Source: a virus
IMG/VR virus record: IMGVR_UViG_3300042569_001270
Location: 17,340 to 81,339 of that record
DNA length: 64,000 nucleotides
Strand: one strand, 5' to 3'
The notes under the pieces were generated by a model. The model saw nothing but the letters and a program-made list of their open reading frames with translations. It did not search any database and was not told where the DNA came from. This document shows positions 9,540-19,937 of this stretch, piece after piece (positions within the stretch are counted from its first letter, which is position 1; each line of letters opens with the position of its first letter). The position numbers were made by a program, and so were the translations under genes.

Positions 9540-10292
9540 ATGGCTCTTCTCTCCAAGAACCCCTTCAGCCCGTTCGGCGGCCCTCGTCTGTCTCAAAAGG
9601 ACTTCGAGTCGCTTGGGCGTGAGCAGGGCTATCGGGTTAAGTGGGAGAAGGCGATGTACTGCCCTCGCCGCATCAACAACGACTTTGATAAGCACGACAT
9701 GAACTGCCCTGTGTGCGAGTCGCGCTTTGGTATTATTTATTTTGACCCTAAAGTGACTGACCCTTACGGACAGGACCTTCGGGCCATCGTGACCGGTATT
9801 CCGCAGGAACAGCAGTACCGAGCAGAGGGCTACACCGACGCAGGTTCTGCCTATGTCAGCCTGCCGCCCAAGATGACGCCCAACTACGGCGACCGCATCT
9901 GGCTCCTTGAGTCCCGTATGCGCGTGTCACAGGTCCTGAAGCGCGGTCCTACGGACATCGACAAGCTCAAGTACAAGGCCATCCCTGCGAGCCAGAACGG
10001 CGGCATCCTGTACGTTGTGGACGGCAACGGCGTGAACCACACGGGCAACGTGGTCCTGACACCGGGGAGCGGACAACAGGACGGCTGTGATCTGCAGTGG
10101 GTGCAGAACGCTCCGCCCGAGGGTGCCACCTTCTCTGTGATGTACTACCGTACGCCCGCATACATTATTGTTGATCTTCCTCACATCATCCGCGACAACC
10201 TGCGCGAGGGAGACGACGTTAACGAGGACCTCGGTACGCAGGCGCTTTGCAAGCTCGACTTCCTCATCAGGGACGAGTCTCTCGGAGGCTGA
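9540..10292 (+). CDS. head closure protein (neck protein 2)
   Basis: WEKAMYCP...CPVC zinc motif, GDRI, gene order. Confidence 0.7.
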   Translation: MALLSKNPFSPFGGPRLSQKDFESLGREQGYRVKWEKAMYCPRRINNDFDKHDMNCPVCESRFGIIYFDPKVTDPYGQDLRAIVTGIPQEQQYRAEGYTDAGSAYVSLPPKMTPNYGDRIWLLESRMRVSQVLKRGPTDIDKLKYKAIPASQNGGILYVVDGNGVNHTGNVVLTPGSGQQDGCDLQWVQNAPPEGATFSVMYYRTPAYIIVDLPHIIRDNLREGDDVNEDLGTQALCKLDFLIRDESLGG

Positions 10293-10293
10293 C

Positions 10294-11100
10294 ATGGCTT
10301 CGCGCGACGTTGACGACATTGTTAAGATGGTCGAAGACTTCGCTACCGAGCGGGCGCTAGAGGCTGTTCGTAACTTTATCAACGAACAGCTTGCTGCTTC
10401 TCATGTTGGGGAATGGCGTCGCAAGAAGTACCTCGACGGTCTGCAGCTTCGGTACGACACGCAGAGCAGGGCACTCGACTTTCACTTTACAGACTCGAAG
10501 GCTGAAGAGGTCGAGAAGGGCGTTCCCCCTATTGATCTTAAAAAGCACTTTGCTAAGTCCCCCAAGCTCAAGAAGACGATTTCGACCGAGGCCGGTGAAA
10601 CGAAGAACGGCTGGTACGTCGATGTGCCTTTCTACTTCGCCTCCTCGTCAGAGATGGCCGCTTTCAAGTCAGGCTCTCTGGACGTTGGTAGGAATCTTTT
10701 TTATCAAGCACGCGAAGACACTGAAGCAGCCATGCTGAAGCTCCCTGATGCACTGAAGGAGCGACTGCGGGCTGACAAGGCAACCAAGAAGGGTCCCGCA
10801 ACCGAGGGCACTGAGGTGAAGCTTCGACCAGAGCACCGCGTCGGGCTGCTCGCGGACGTGATGCTTCAGCCCAAGGCAGCGACTGTTATGGGTGGTCTGT
10901 CCATCGACAACCACAAGGGCAACCGCTCGGTTGGTCGTGATCTTGGCCCGATGCACTTCAACACGATCCGCCGCATCGGTAGCGAGTCTCCCGCAGAGTC
11001 TTGGTGGGTCCCGGCTCAACCCGGCCTGAACTTGGAAGACGCAGCACAACGATTATTCTACGACGTCGCCAGCGGGATCATCGACGGCGTAATGACCTGA
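10294..11100 (+). CDS. neck / tail completion protein
   Basis: EKG..PIDLK, GWYVDVPF, RRIGSESPAESWW; gene order. Confidence 0.65.
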   Translation: MASRDVDDIVKMVEDFATERALEAVRNFINEQLAASHVGEWRRKKYLDGLQLRYDTQSRALDFHFTDSKAEEVEKGVPPIDLKKHFAKSPKLKKTISTEAGETKNGWYVDVPFYFASSSEMAAFKSGSLDVGRNLFYQAREDTEAAMLKLPDALKERLRADKATKKGPATEGTEVKLRPEHRVGLLADVMLQPKAATVMGGLSIDNHKGNRSVGRDLGPMHFNTIRRIGSESPAESWWVPAQPGLNLEDAAQRLFYDVASGIIDGVMT

Positions 11101-11108
11101 GGTTAATA

Positions 11109-11753
11109 ATGGCTGCTGTCGCACCAGAAATACTGCTGAGCAACCTGCTCAACGGCGGGTTCGCTGCTCTGAAGGCCGACTACGACCTCGTGTCCGACGT
11201 CTTCTCAACCCTCTCGTCGGGCGAACGCGCAGAGTTGCGGGAGTTCTTTAGTAAAGAGATCATCACCGTCCGCATCGGAAAGCCTCCGCGCGGCCCTGAC
11301 TACCGAGTTCCGCTGGTCGTGATTGAGGCCATCAGCGACGAGGAAGTTGCTGAGCAGGACTTGCTTGGCGATCAACTGTACGACTTTGAAGACAGCATGG
11401 AGTACGGGGCCGCCGAAGGGGTCCGTCTCAGGAGTACCTACAACCTCGTCATGGTCGGTAAGGACAACCGGCAGGCCCGTATCCTCTACAGGACGACAGT
11501 TGCACTGTTGATCCTTTACAGGTACGACCTAGAGAACGCTGGCTTCCAAAACCGGCGAATGAGTGGTAACAGGGACGTTGTCGTTGATCTAGGTGCTGAC
11601 CCGCTTGAAGGCAAAGTGATGAGCATCACGGGCGAGCACTGGTTTTCAGTCAGAAGGTCAGAGAGGCTTTCCCCGTTGGTTATTAACGTTGCAATCACCA
11701 GCGAGGTCCCCGACATCGGCGGGGTCAGTTCGGACGTCAACCCGACTGTGTAG
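11109..11753 (+). CDS. tail terminator-like protein
   Basis: 214 aa directly upstream of the sheath gene. Confidence 0.55.
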   Translation: MAAVAPEILLSNLLNGGFAALKADYDLVSDVFSTLSSGERAELREFFSKEIITVRIGKPPRGPDYRVPLVVIEAISDEEVAEQDLLGDQLYDFEDSMEYGAAEGVRLRSTYNLVMVGKDNRQARILYRTTVALLILYRYDLENAGFQNRRMSGNRDVVVDLGADPLEGKVMSITGEHWFSVRRSERLSPLVINVAITSEVPDIGGVSSDVNPTV

Positions 11754-11797
11754 ACAGTCACGCTTGGTAGCGGTAGCCTTTAACAGAGGAGAGTCCC

Positions 11798-13636
11798 ATG
11801 TCGCAGATCGTCTATTTCAACGGCACTAGGTTGGTTCGCCCCGGCGGTGCCTCGAAGCTCGACGCTTCATCCTTCGAGGGCGTGACTGTCGAGGGCATCG
11901 GCAGCATCGGGATCATCGGTGAGGCCGACAACGGTGAAGATGGTGTCGCCATCGCCTTCACCAACGCCTCCGCGATGGAGCAGTACTTCGGCAGCGGCGC
12001 TCTCGCCAACGCCGCGCGTGTGGCCTTCAGGCCGCTGAGCGACGCTCGCGTGGGCGACGCCAAGGCCCAGACGGTCTACGCCTACAAGACCAACGCGGGT
12101 ACGGCGGCTTCGCTGAACCTCGCTGACGGTACCTCCGTGGTGAAGCTGACGGCTGCCAAGAAGGGCACCATCGGCAACACCTACACGGCGCTGGTCTCGT
12201 ACGACGGCACCACCAAGCGGCGGACGTACACGATCACCCCCAACAGCAGCTCCGGCCTCAGGCAGGAGAGGATCGTTGTTAACGAGGGTGCCAAGCTCAA
12301 GATTTGGTACAAGGGCGCGGGTACGGTTCCCAAGGTCTTTACGACTGCCGACTCGACGAACATCGGCTGGCTGCAGAAGATCACCCTGAACGCGACGACC
12401 ACGCCTGCGGATCAGGACAAGCTGGAGATCGCGTTTGACGACGGGACGATCTCGTCCATTCAGGACCTTGCCACCCGCATCAACGGGTCGCTGAACACCG
12501 CTGGCACCCCTGTGAACGTCTGGGGTGCCACGGTCGTCAGCACGTCGGACGCCCTTCGCTTCCACCCGCGCACGCTCGACACCATCGCTTCCCCCGGCCC
12601 CACCGTGGGTACGGCGGAGGTCAGCGCGACGGACATCTCGGGTCTGCTGCAGGACTCGCTGGATGCGATCAACAACAGCCTGACGCTGGTGACGGCGGCC
12701 CTGCCTGCTTCGTTCACGAAGCGCTCTGTGCCGGTGGCGTTCACCGAGCCGCTGCAGCTGACCGGCGGCGCACTCGGTACGACTGCTGTGGGTGCTCTCC
12801 AGACCGCTCTGGACAGATTCAAGGCCATCGACGTTCCGGGCCTTGTGATCACCAGCACGGACGCTGCGAGCATCAAGCTCCTTGCGAATCACTGCACGGA
12901 GATGTCGAGCACCGGATCAAGCAAGAAGGAGCGCACGGGCTACGCGGGCGTCACTGGCTCCAAGGCGGAGATTCTTGCGTGCGCTGGGCAGAACGCTGGG
13001 TGCGCCGACCTCGTTCTGACCTGTCAGAAGTGGCACACGGTTGATCGCTTTGCGAACAACGTGGTCTACCCTGAGTGGGCTTCCGCTCTTGCTCTTTGCT
13101 CCGCTCGCGCGGGCCTTGAGCCGGGCGAGCCGCTGACGTGGAAGTTCTTCTCGGCCACCGACATCTCGTCGGCCAACACCGCTTGGACTCCGCAGGGCGA
13201 CGCTGAGGACCTCATCCTCGGTGGTGTGTGCGTGTTCGAGCGCAACCGCTCGGGCGTCAAGCTGCTGAAGGGCATCACGACCTACACGCAGTTTGATAAC
13301 GACGTGTTTGTCGAGGAGTCCATCATCACGAACGTGAAGGCCATGTCGAAGGAGTTCCGTGAGCTTCTGGAGCTTCGCTACACGGGCCGCAAGGCCACTC
13401 CGGCGATCCTCGGAGATATGCGGGCCACTGCCGTGGAGTTCTGGGGTCAGAAGCGTGCGCAGGGCCGGATCGTGGACTCCGTCGTCAACGGGCAGACGAC
13501 GAAGTTTGCCTACCGGAACCTCTTGATCTCAGCCAACCGTGATCAGGTGTTCGTGGACGTCGAGATCAGCCCGGTCTCCGGCATCAACTTCCAGCTTGAG
13601 ACGATCCGTCTCGTCCCGGCGACGCTGAGCGTCTAA
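11798..13636 (+). CDS. contractile tail sheath protein
   Basis: YFNG..LVRPG N-terminus, IGIIGEA..G, EPLTWK, KGITT, C-terminal PVSGINF. Confidence 0.9.
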   Translation: MSQIVYFNGTRLVRPGGASKLDASSFEGVTVEGIGSIGIIGEADNGEDGVAIAFTNASAMEQYFGSGALANAARVAFRPLSDARVGDAKAQTVYAYKTNAGTAASLNLADGTSVVKLTAAKKGTIGNTYTALVSYDGTTKRRTYTITPNSSSGLRQERIVVNEGAKLKIWYKGAGTVPKVFTTADSTNIGWLQKITLNATTTPADQDKLEIAFDDGTISSIQDLATRINGSLNTAGTPVNVWGATVVSTSDALRFHPRTLDTIASPGPTVGTAEVSATDISGLLQDSLDAINNSLTLVTAALPASFTKRSVPVAFTEPLQLTGGALGTTAVGALQTALDRFKAIDVPGLVITSTDAASIKLLANHCTEMSSTGSSKKERTGYAGVTGSKAEILACAGQNAGCADLVLTCQKWHTVDRFANNVVYPEWASALALCSARAGLEPGEPLTWKFFSATDISSANTAWTPQGDAEDLILGGVCVFERNRSGVKLLKGITTYTQFDNDVFVEESIITNVKAMSKEFRELLELRYTGRKATPAILGDMRATAVEFWGQKRAQGRIVDSVVNGQTTKFAYRNLLISANRDQVFVDVEISPVSGINFQLETIRLVPATLSV

Positions 13637-13663
13637 GCCCTTCACACGAGAGAGAGGTGACAC

Positions 13664-14173
13664 ATGGCTGTCCTTACTGGTTCACGAGCGTTGTTCAAGA
13701 TGAACGTTGCTGGAGGTGCTGAGGCCAAGGTTGGCTACGCCTTCGGCGTAGACATCGACGAAGAGATCATGCACGAGGAGGTCCAGACGCTGGACTCCCT
13801 CTCGGTCACGGAGCACGTTCCCGTTGCCTACCGCGTGAACATGTCCGCCGAGTTGTTCCGCACCATCCCCACGGGCGGTAAGACCGTCGTCGGTGAGGAC
13901 GGCGTGTCGAAGGACTCGACAGCGCTCGCGCAGGGCATGAAGGAAGCGGGCCTGATGGCGAGGATCGGTAACGGTGACTCTGCCGCCCTCACGCAGGCGC
14001 TTCTCGTGGCCAAGCTGTACGATGCGGGCGCGAACAACGCTGCCATCGGAGAGGTCTCTGGCGTGCGCGTGGTCAGCAATCGCTTCTCGGTGCGTGCCCG
14101 CCAGATCGTTGCTGACAACGTCCGCTTCGTCGCTCGGCGCTTCAAGGACTACTCGGAGTTGTTCCCGACGTAG
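13664..14173 (+). CDS. tail tube protein
   Basis: 169 aa after the sheath; LTGSRA, VGYA, EHVP. Confidence 0.8.
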   Translation: MAVLTGSRALFKMNVAGGAEAKVGYAFGVDIDEEIMHEEVQTLDSLSVTEHVPVAYRVNMSAELFRTIPTGGKTVVGEDGVSKDSTALAQGMKEAGLMARIGNGDSAALTQALLVAKLYDAGANNAAIGEVSGVRVVSNRFSVRARQIVADNVRFVARRFKDYSELFPT

Positions 14174-14203
14174 TGGCGTTATCAAGACGGTTCTGGTAGA
14201 AGG

Positions 14204-14232
14204 AGCCTGCGGAGAAATCCGCAGGCTTTTTT
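14204..14232 (+). terminator. rho-independent terminator
   Basis: AGCCTGCGGA-GAAA-TCCGCAGGCT followed by TTTTT. Confidence 0.85.
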
Positions 14233-14250
14233 CTTAACAAGGGAGCAACC

Positions 14251-14691
14251 ATGACGACCGAGAACGACATCGAGCTGAAGGAAGAGATCGCAGAATACGC
14301 CGAGATCGGTGAGGACCTGAAGCCGGGGCAGACTCGTGTGCAGGCCATCGAGGCCGACGCGAAGGTCAAGCGCTTCAAGAACAGTCACACGTTCCTGTTC
14401 GAGCACAACTCCGCTCTTGATAAGCGCGTGTTCTCTGGGACGATCACAATCAAGCGCCTCAACATCGGTGAGCTGGCTCGGGCCGAGACGGAGATCGCTC
14501 GCCGCAACACTGGCCTCAACCCTAGCGATCCGATTTCGTTCTTCAACGAGCGGCTCATCACTGTGACCTCGCGCGTCGTCGATGGACCGGACTGGGCGAA
14601 GAACGTCGAGAACAGCGACGAGCTTCACGATCCTCTTGTCGTCCAGCGCTTGTGGGAAGAGGTGCAGAAGTACGAAAACTCGTTTCGTTGA
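14251..14691 (+). CDS. tail assembly chaperone (G-like)
   Basis: Between tube and tape measure; VVDGPDW; ends TCG TTT CGT TGA. Confidence 0.75.
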   Translation: MTTENDIELKEEIAEYAEIGEDLKPGQTRVQAIEADAKVKRFKNSHTFLFEHNSALDKRVFSGTITIKRLNIGELARAETEIARRNTGLNPSDPISFFNERLITVTSRVVDGPDWAKNVENSDELHDPLVVQRLWEEVQKYENSFR

Positions 14692-15073
14692 GTTTTATCA
14701 ACAACGACTCAAGGGTCTTCGTAAGATCGCTGAAGAGAATCTGAAGAGCGAGTTCCTCCGTCGGTACATCTGCAAGAAGTACATGATGCCACCGACGGAC
14801 CCTCGCTACCTCGCCTACACGCCAGAAGCCCTCTGGATCGAGTGGTTCGAGGACATGCTGGAGAAGGACCCTGACAAGCTCAAGGAAGCCTTCGTCACCA
14901 AGGAAGAGGCGAACGGAGCGGTCTTCACTGGGAACAAGGCCTTCGACGAGGCTGAGGCTCTGGCCGTGAGCGGCGACTACGCTGCTCTGGACAGGCTTAC
15001 GTCGTCTTGGGACACTGGATCGTCACCCGTCGAAGAGCCTCCAGAAGAAGGGTTTGTCGACGTCTACAAGTAG
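14684..15073 (+). CDS. tail assembly chaperone extension (GT-like), probably reached by +1 frameshift
   Basis: Open +1 frame overlapping the upstream stop; PPTDPRY motif; no good RBS and start before the coding-like part. Confidence 0.65.
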   Translation, partial: FVEFYQQRLKGLRKIAEENLKSEFLRRYICKKYMMPPTDPRYLAYTPEALWIEWFEDMLEKDPDKLKEAFVTKEEANGAVFTGNKAFDEAEALAVSGDYAALDRLTSSWDTGSSPVEEPPEEGFVDVYK

Positions 15074-15082
15074 GGAGCTTCG

Positions 15083-17440
15083 ATGGCAGCGCCTTCTCGT
15101 CCTCTTAATAAAAGGCATGACACCCTTATTCAAGAGGCTCTCAAGCAGCAGAACACCATCTACACTGAAGAGCAGCAGGCTCATGTAGATTACAAAGCTG
15201 CGCTGAAGAACCGCGACAAGGACATCGGGACGTTCCGCGATGCACGGCATAAGCTCAAGCGTGCGGAGGCCGCGTCTAACAAGTACAGCTCTGCCCTGAT
15301 CGACTCTATTAAGACAAACGCCGCTGCGTTTGAGGGCATCTACGATACTTGGGAAGACCTTATTAAAGCCAACCGCCGCTTTGAAGCAAACATGAAGCAG
15401 GCGGGAGGCGACCTCCGCAGGTCACAGCGGAAGAACTCCCAGCAAGGCTTCCAGCGGCAGATGATGCTCCAAGCCGGAGCGCAGGGCGTCAACGCTATCG
15501 CGGAACTGAGCACCGTCAATAGGCTCCCTGTCATCGGTGGTGCCATTCAGAGCGGTGTCGGTACTGCCGTCAACGCGGGCCTCATGGGAGCGGGGGCGAC
15601 AACAGCAGCGGCGATGGGCGGTTTGGCGTTCTTAGGTGCTGGGATCGCTGGAGGCGTTGCTAACGCCTACAACCAGTTCGAGAGCGAGGAGGCTCTTGAG
15701 CGTCAGCTTGGGCAGCGTATGGGCGTCGGCGCAGGCCGAGGCTTCATTCGCGACATGCGCAAGCAGGGTCTCACCCGCGAGCAGATCGGTGGGCTTGGTA
15801 GCGGGCTGTCCCAGACTGTTGGATCAACCAGCGAGGCTGTAGGCGTCTATCAGATGCAGACGGCTTTTGGGATCAATCCAATGGGGGCGATGGGGGCGAT
15901 GGCCTCCACTGGTCAGGGTAGCCAGCTCCGCATGGTTCAAAACGCGATCAGCGTAGGCATGGCGCAAGGCCTTGCTCGTGGTCGCTTTGGCGAGATGGTG
16001 GACGGACTGCAGCACCTCGTTCGTCAGCAGGGGATTGGCGTCGGTGTTGGCGGTGAGGAGCTTGGCGGGACACTCGGCTACATGGGTGCGCTGGGCAGCC
16101 GCATGGGTATCAAGGGTTCACAGTTTATGGGCGTGATGGGGCAGCTGGACGCCTCTGCTCGCGGCAAGACTGGTGGCCTGTCTGAGAGCATTAGCTTCCT
16201 CTCGGCCTACAACTACTTGCAGGCTGGGGGTCGAGGTGCGCTGGAGGGTCTCGGCTCTTCCGGTTCTGGTGGTCGGGTTACACCCTTTGACGTTCAGGAG
16301 ATGATGGAGCGGGGATCAACCGGCAAGGGGGGTATGGGTCGTATTCAAATTACTAACATGCTGGAACAGTACCGGCGCATCGCTGGTACGTCCGCTGCTG
16401 ATATGGAGATGTCAGCACGCAGGGCGAAAACTCCTGAGGAGCAGGCGCAGATTGACGCTGCCAAGGGGCGCTACCAGATGATGCAGCAGGGTCTGGTGAC
16501 CGGTGGCGCTGCTGCCAACCTGACAGTTGCTCGCCAGTTGACCGACGCTTTCCTCACAACCGGAAACATTAGTGATAAAGACATCAAGACTGCGCAGGAC
16601 GCTGGTAAGTCTCAACAAGAAAAGTCGTTCGACGAGATTCACGAGCAGACCGGTCTACAGCAGCGCATTGCCTACGGTATCGAGGCCCTTGGGCGCAGCA
16701 TGCCGGGCACAGGCGGCACGTTTAATCGCACGTTTGAGGGCCTTTTGGCAGGGCTTAACGGTGAAGCCGCTACTAGGTTTATCACTCCGGGCGAGCGGGC
16801 AGCAGGGTACTTTAACAATGACGACTCATCATACGGTGAGGCTCGCTTTTCTGAAGGGCGTGTAAAGCTTTATCAAGAAGCTCAAGCTCGCCGTCGTGCA
16901 GAGTTTAAGAAGCAAGGGTGGGATTACTGGGAAGACCCAAGTGACTTTAACCTTGTTTACGAGCCTTCTAAAGAAGGTCGCGCACTACAAGATTTTAACA
17001 AAAACGGTGTAACCGAGGATTTTAAGTCTCTGCTCTCGACGTTTACTGAGACCATTACTAACGACCCTGCCGTAAGTGAGGAAATGAAGGCCGCCGCTCA
17101 GGCGGCACAAGGTATGCTGCTTCGTGAGATTGCTGACCCCGCAACGGAGCTTCGTAACTTTAAGGGTATGGGCGGCGGCGTAGTCCCCCTCAAGGACTCT
17201 GCAGGCGGACAGTTTACGCCCGAGCAACTGGCAAATATCGCTAACGTTGGCGGCGGACTTGCCGACGTCTTTGTTGGTGGTGTGGGTAGTAGGAGTATTG
17301 AGGACTTGCGGGCTTTGACCTCTCAGTTGGCGAGGGGTGAACTTTCCCTCCCCAGTATTCAGCGGTCAGAAGATGTGATCCAATTTTACGTTAAAAGGCT
17401 CCAAGAGCTTCAGCCCCTCCCCGGTCAAGCCACGAGGTAG
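15083..17440 (+). CDS. tape measure protein
   Basis: 785 aa, Gly/Ala/Met-rich helical, follows the chaperones. Confidence 0.8.
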   Translation: MAAPSRPLNKRHDTLIQEALKQQNTIYTEEQQAHVDYKAALKNRDKDIGTFRDARHKLKRAEAASNKYSSALIDSIKTNAAAFEGIYDTWEDLIKANRRFEANMKQAGGDLRRSQRKNSQQGFQRQMMLQAGAQGVNAIAELSTVNRLPVIGGAIQSGVGTAVNAGLMGAGATTAAAMGGLAFLGAGIAGGVANAYNQFESEEALERQLGQRMGVGAGRGFIRDMRKQGLTREQIGGLGSGLSQTVGSTSEAVGVYQMQTAFGINPMGAMGAMASTGQGSQLRMVQNAISVGMAQGLARGRFGEMVDGLQHLVRQQGIGVGVGGEELGGTLGYMGALGSRMGIKGSQFMGVMGQLDASARGKTGGLSESISFLSAYNYLQAGGRGALEGLGSSGSGGRVTPFDVQEMMERGSTGKGGMGRIQITNMLEQYRRIAGTSAADMEMSARRAKTPEEQAQIDAAKGRYQMMQQGLVTGGAAANLTVARQLTDAFLTTGNISDKDIKTAQDAGKSQQEKSFDEIHEQTGLQQRIAYGIEALGRSMPGTGGTFNRTFEGLLAGLNGEAATRFITPGERAAGYFNNDDSSYGEARFSEGRVKLYQEAQARRRAEFKKQGWDYWEDPSDFNLVYEPSKEGRALQDFNKNGVTEDFKSLLSTFTETITNDPAVSEEMKAAAQAAQGMLLREIADPATELRNFKGMGGGVVPLKDSAGGQFTPEQLANIANVGGGLADVFVGGVGSRSIEDLRALTSQLARGELSLPSIQRSEDVIQFYVKRLQELQPLPGQATR

Positions 17441-17443
17441 CCC

Positions 17444-19195
17444 GTGACCGTCTACGCACAATCTTCGTCCGTCATTGTTAACTTTTTTGGCGGCAGGTCC
17501 ACTGATACCGGCGCTACCAAGAGCAGGCTCGGTGATGTGTCTGCTGACGTCGTAGGGGCGCAGGTACGGCTTACTCGTGCTCCCGCAGAGACTGGCGGTA
17601 ACGGCTTCTCTCTGACCCTCGTCCCTCGCAACCACGACTACCTTGAAGAGGTCTCCGTAGGTGACTGGGTCAGCATCAGCATGTCCAACGGTGAGGTGAC
17701 CGAGTGCCTTATGCTTGGGGTTGTTGATCTTGTAAATAGCAGCGTTAAGACGGCCTCTACCGGCGCTGTCGAGAGCGTCGTCACAATCGCAGGCCGGGAC
17801 TGGTCCAAGGTCCTTGCTGCGACCGAGATGGTCTACGACACCTTCATCGGCTCAGGGATTGAGAAGCAGTACCTCATGCTCGAAGCCGCAAAGTGGATGA
17901 ATTCCCAGAAGGGCGTGAAGTTCTCTCCCTCTGAGTTTGTTGAGTTCCTTCTGCCTTTGTACTTGGGTGGCTCGCTGCCAAAAGCAGGCGGTACTTCTTT
18001 GATCCGACAGTTCTTGGTGCCCACCAATGGCGAGAACGTCATGTCCGCTAAGGGAGAGACCGCCGCTATGGCGGGTACTCTGCTTAACCTCAAACTTTCG
18101 CCCACAAGGGGCAAGGCCCCGCTTATTGTTCAAAACACCTCGCAGAACCTGCTGAGCATGCTCAGGGAAGTCTCGCACCCTATTCTTAATGAGCTTTGGT
18201 ACGAGACTGATCCGAAAGGCCTCAGCGCTGCAAAGCCTTTCGTCGCTACTATGCGCGAGTACCCTTACGCGCGAGACGCTTTCTCTAAACTTGATAATTT
18301 TTCTCTCTCCGACGCTGAGTGTATGTCGGTGTCTCTGGGTGCGCAGAGCGCAGATACTTACAACTGGTTTCGTCTCAGGGCGACGGGTGGTATCGGTGAC
18401 GACTCTGATCTTCTTCAGGGCGCACGACCGGGCGTTTATGTTAAAAACTCTATTCAGAAGTTTGGCCTTAGGCGCTACGAGGCTGCCACCCCTTTTGCCG
18501 TGTTCGCGGACTCGCCTTCAGCCGCTCCAAGCTCAAGCAGCAGCCGAGCTACGGTTGTGCAAGTGGTCGAGCAGTGGGTTGATCTTATTACTTCTTGGTA
18601 CGCTCTCGCCTACACTTACCGGTCTGGTCAGTTCATCTGCCGCTTCCGCCCAGACATTCGGCCGGGACGCAGGCTGGACTACAGCAGCCCGTTCGAGCCG
18701 CATCAGGCAGGCAAGTATTACATCGACGCGGTCACACACAACTTCACCTATCCGGGCGCGGCCACAACTTCAGTGATCGTTTCTCGCGGCGTAGCGTCTG
18801 AAGCACAACTTGATCGCAGTAACGTAGACAGCCTCAGGAAGTGGGCTGGCTACGTTAGGATCAACACTACTGCGCTGACGACAACCGCTGGTGTGGCGAC
18901 TGGTGGAGCCGGTGCACCTACTGAAGGTCGTGTTGATCGCACCCCTGACATGGCCGTCACGTTCACAAACGCCTCTCACGACTGGGTCATTCCGGGTCTT
19001 AACGGTGCTGCCGGTGGGAGCTACCCGAGCAACGCGAACATCCCTCTTGCCAGCAGTCAGAAGGTCAACGTTCAGCGTTGGACCACAGGGCCTTCCGGTA
19101 CGGTGTACGAGGAGGCGTTCTTCACAACAACTGCTGCAGGCTCTAACCAGACTGTTGACTGGAATACTCTGACTTGGAAGCCCACCGGAGGGTAG
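17444..19195 (+). CDS. baseplate hub protein
   Basis: GDWV, IAGRDWSK, NELWYE, IRPGRRL, YYIDAVTHNF..T...V.RG; follows the tape measure. Confidence 0.7.
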   Translation: MTVYAQSSSVIVNFFGGRSTDTGATKSRLGDVSADVVGAQVRLTRAPAETGGNGFSLTLVPRNHDYLEEVSVGDWVSISMSNGEVTECLMLGVVDLVNSSVKTASTGAVESVVTIAGRDWSKVLAATEMVYDTFIGSGIEKQYLMLEAAKWMNSQKGVKFSPSEFVEFLLPLYLGGSLPKAGGTSLIRQFLVPTNGENVMSAKGETAAMAGTLLNLKLSPTRGKAPLIVQNTSQNLLSMLREVSHPILNELWYETDPKGLSAAKPFVATMREYPYARDAFSKLDNFSLSDAECMSVSLGAQSADTYNWFRLRATGGIGDDSDLLQGARPGVYVKNSIQKFGLRRYEAATPFAVFADSPSAAPSSSSSRATVVQVVEQWVDLITSWYALAYTYRSGQFICRFRPDIRPGRRLDYSSPFEPHQAGKYYIDAVTHNFTYPGAATTSVIVSRGVASEAQLDRSNVDSLRKWAGYVRINTTALTTTAGVATGGAGAPTEGRVDRTPDMAVTFTNASHDWVIPGLNGAAGGSYPSNANIPLASSQKVNVQRWTTGPSGTVYEEAFFTTTAAGSNQTVDWNTLTWKPTGG

Positions 19196-19196
19196 C

Positions 19197-19934
19197 ATGC
19201 CCCAGATACCTATCGGACCCTTCGCAGGCTGGCTTGTCGAGGGCGTTGTTGTTAACTTTCGCCCTGCAGGCCACCCGCAGAACATCTACCGAGGTGAGGA
19301 CGAGTACGTCGTTCGCGTGCTCTCCCATGCGAACTTCTTGGACCTCAACCACTGCCGTCTGGCCCAGCGGGTCGGGTACGACAACGGGCAGCAAGAGCAC
19401 CTGCGCGTCGGCACCATTCGTGTAGACCAAAACTCAAACCAGTACGCCTCCAAGGTCCCTGAGACCTCGATGGACGGTGATCGAGTTCTGGTTCAGTTCA
19501 TCGAAGGCGACGTCAACCGTTCGGTGATCACCCACGTTTTGACCCACAGCTTGAATAGGTGGGGAGACACTCACGACTCCTTCCGGGGGGCCGTGGTGCG
19601 CCGCAGGCACGCAGGCACCGAGGTGCTCTACGACGCCAACGGCAACATCGTGGTGACCTTGGGCGACAGCACCGTCCCCGACGTGAAGGGGGCCTCCAAG
19701 ACTGCTACAGTCTTCATGGACGGCACGCAGGCGGCCAAGCTGGAGAAGGACAAGCTCTCGATCTTCAACGGGGACAAGGCCGTGGCTCGCAAGGATGACG
19801 AGGTTACGATCACCGTCAGTGCCGCTGACATCACCGCTCTGGGGTTGGTCAGTCCGAGCGGGAGTGTCACAGGTTCGGGTGGCACCTTGAAGGGTACAGT
19901 CACCGCTGGGTCAGCCAAGTTCTTCACGGAGTAG
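19197..19934 (+). CDS. baseplate central spike (gpV/gp5-like)
   Basis: GDRVLVQFIEGD OB-fold motif; VARKDD and GTVTAGS tip. Confidence 0.7.
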   Translation: MPQIPIGPFAGWLVEGVVVNFRPAGHPQNIYRGEDEYVVRVLSHANFLDLNHCRLAQRVGYDNGQQEHLRVGTIRVDQNSNQYASKVPETSMDGDRVLVQFIEGDVNRSVITHVLTHSLNRWGDTHDSFRGAVVRRRHAGTEVLYDANGNIVVTLGDSTVPDVKGASKTATVFMDGTQAAKLEKDKLSIFNGDKAVARKDDEVTITVSAADITALGLVSPSGSVTGSGGTLKGTVTAGSAKFFTE

Positions 19935-19937
19935 ACG

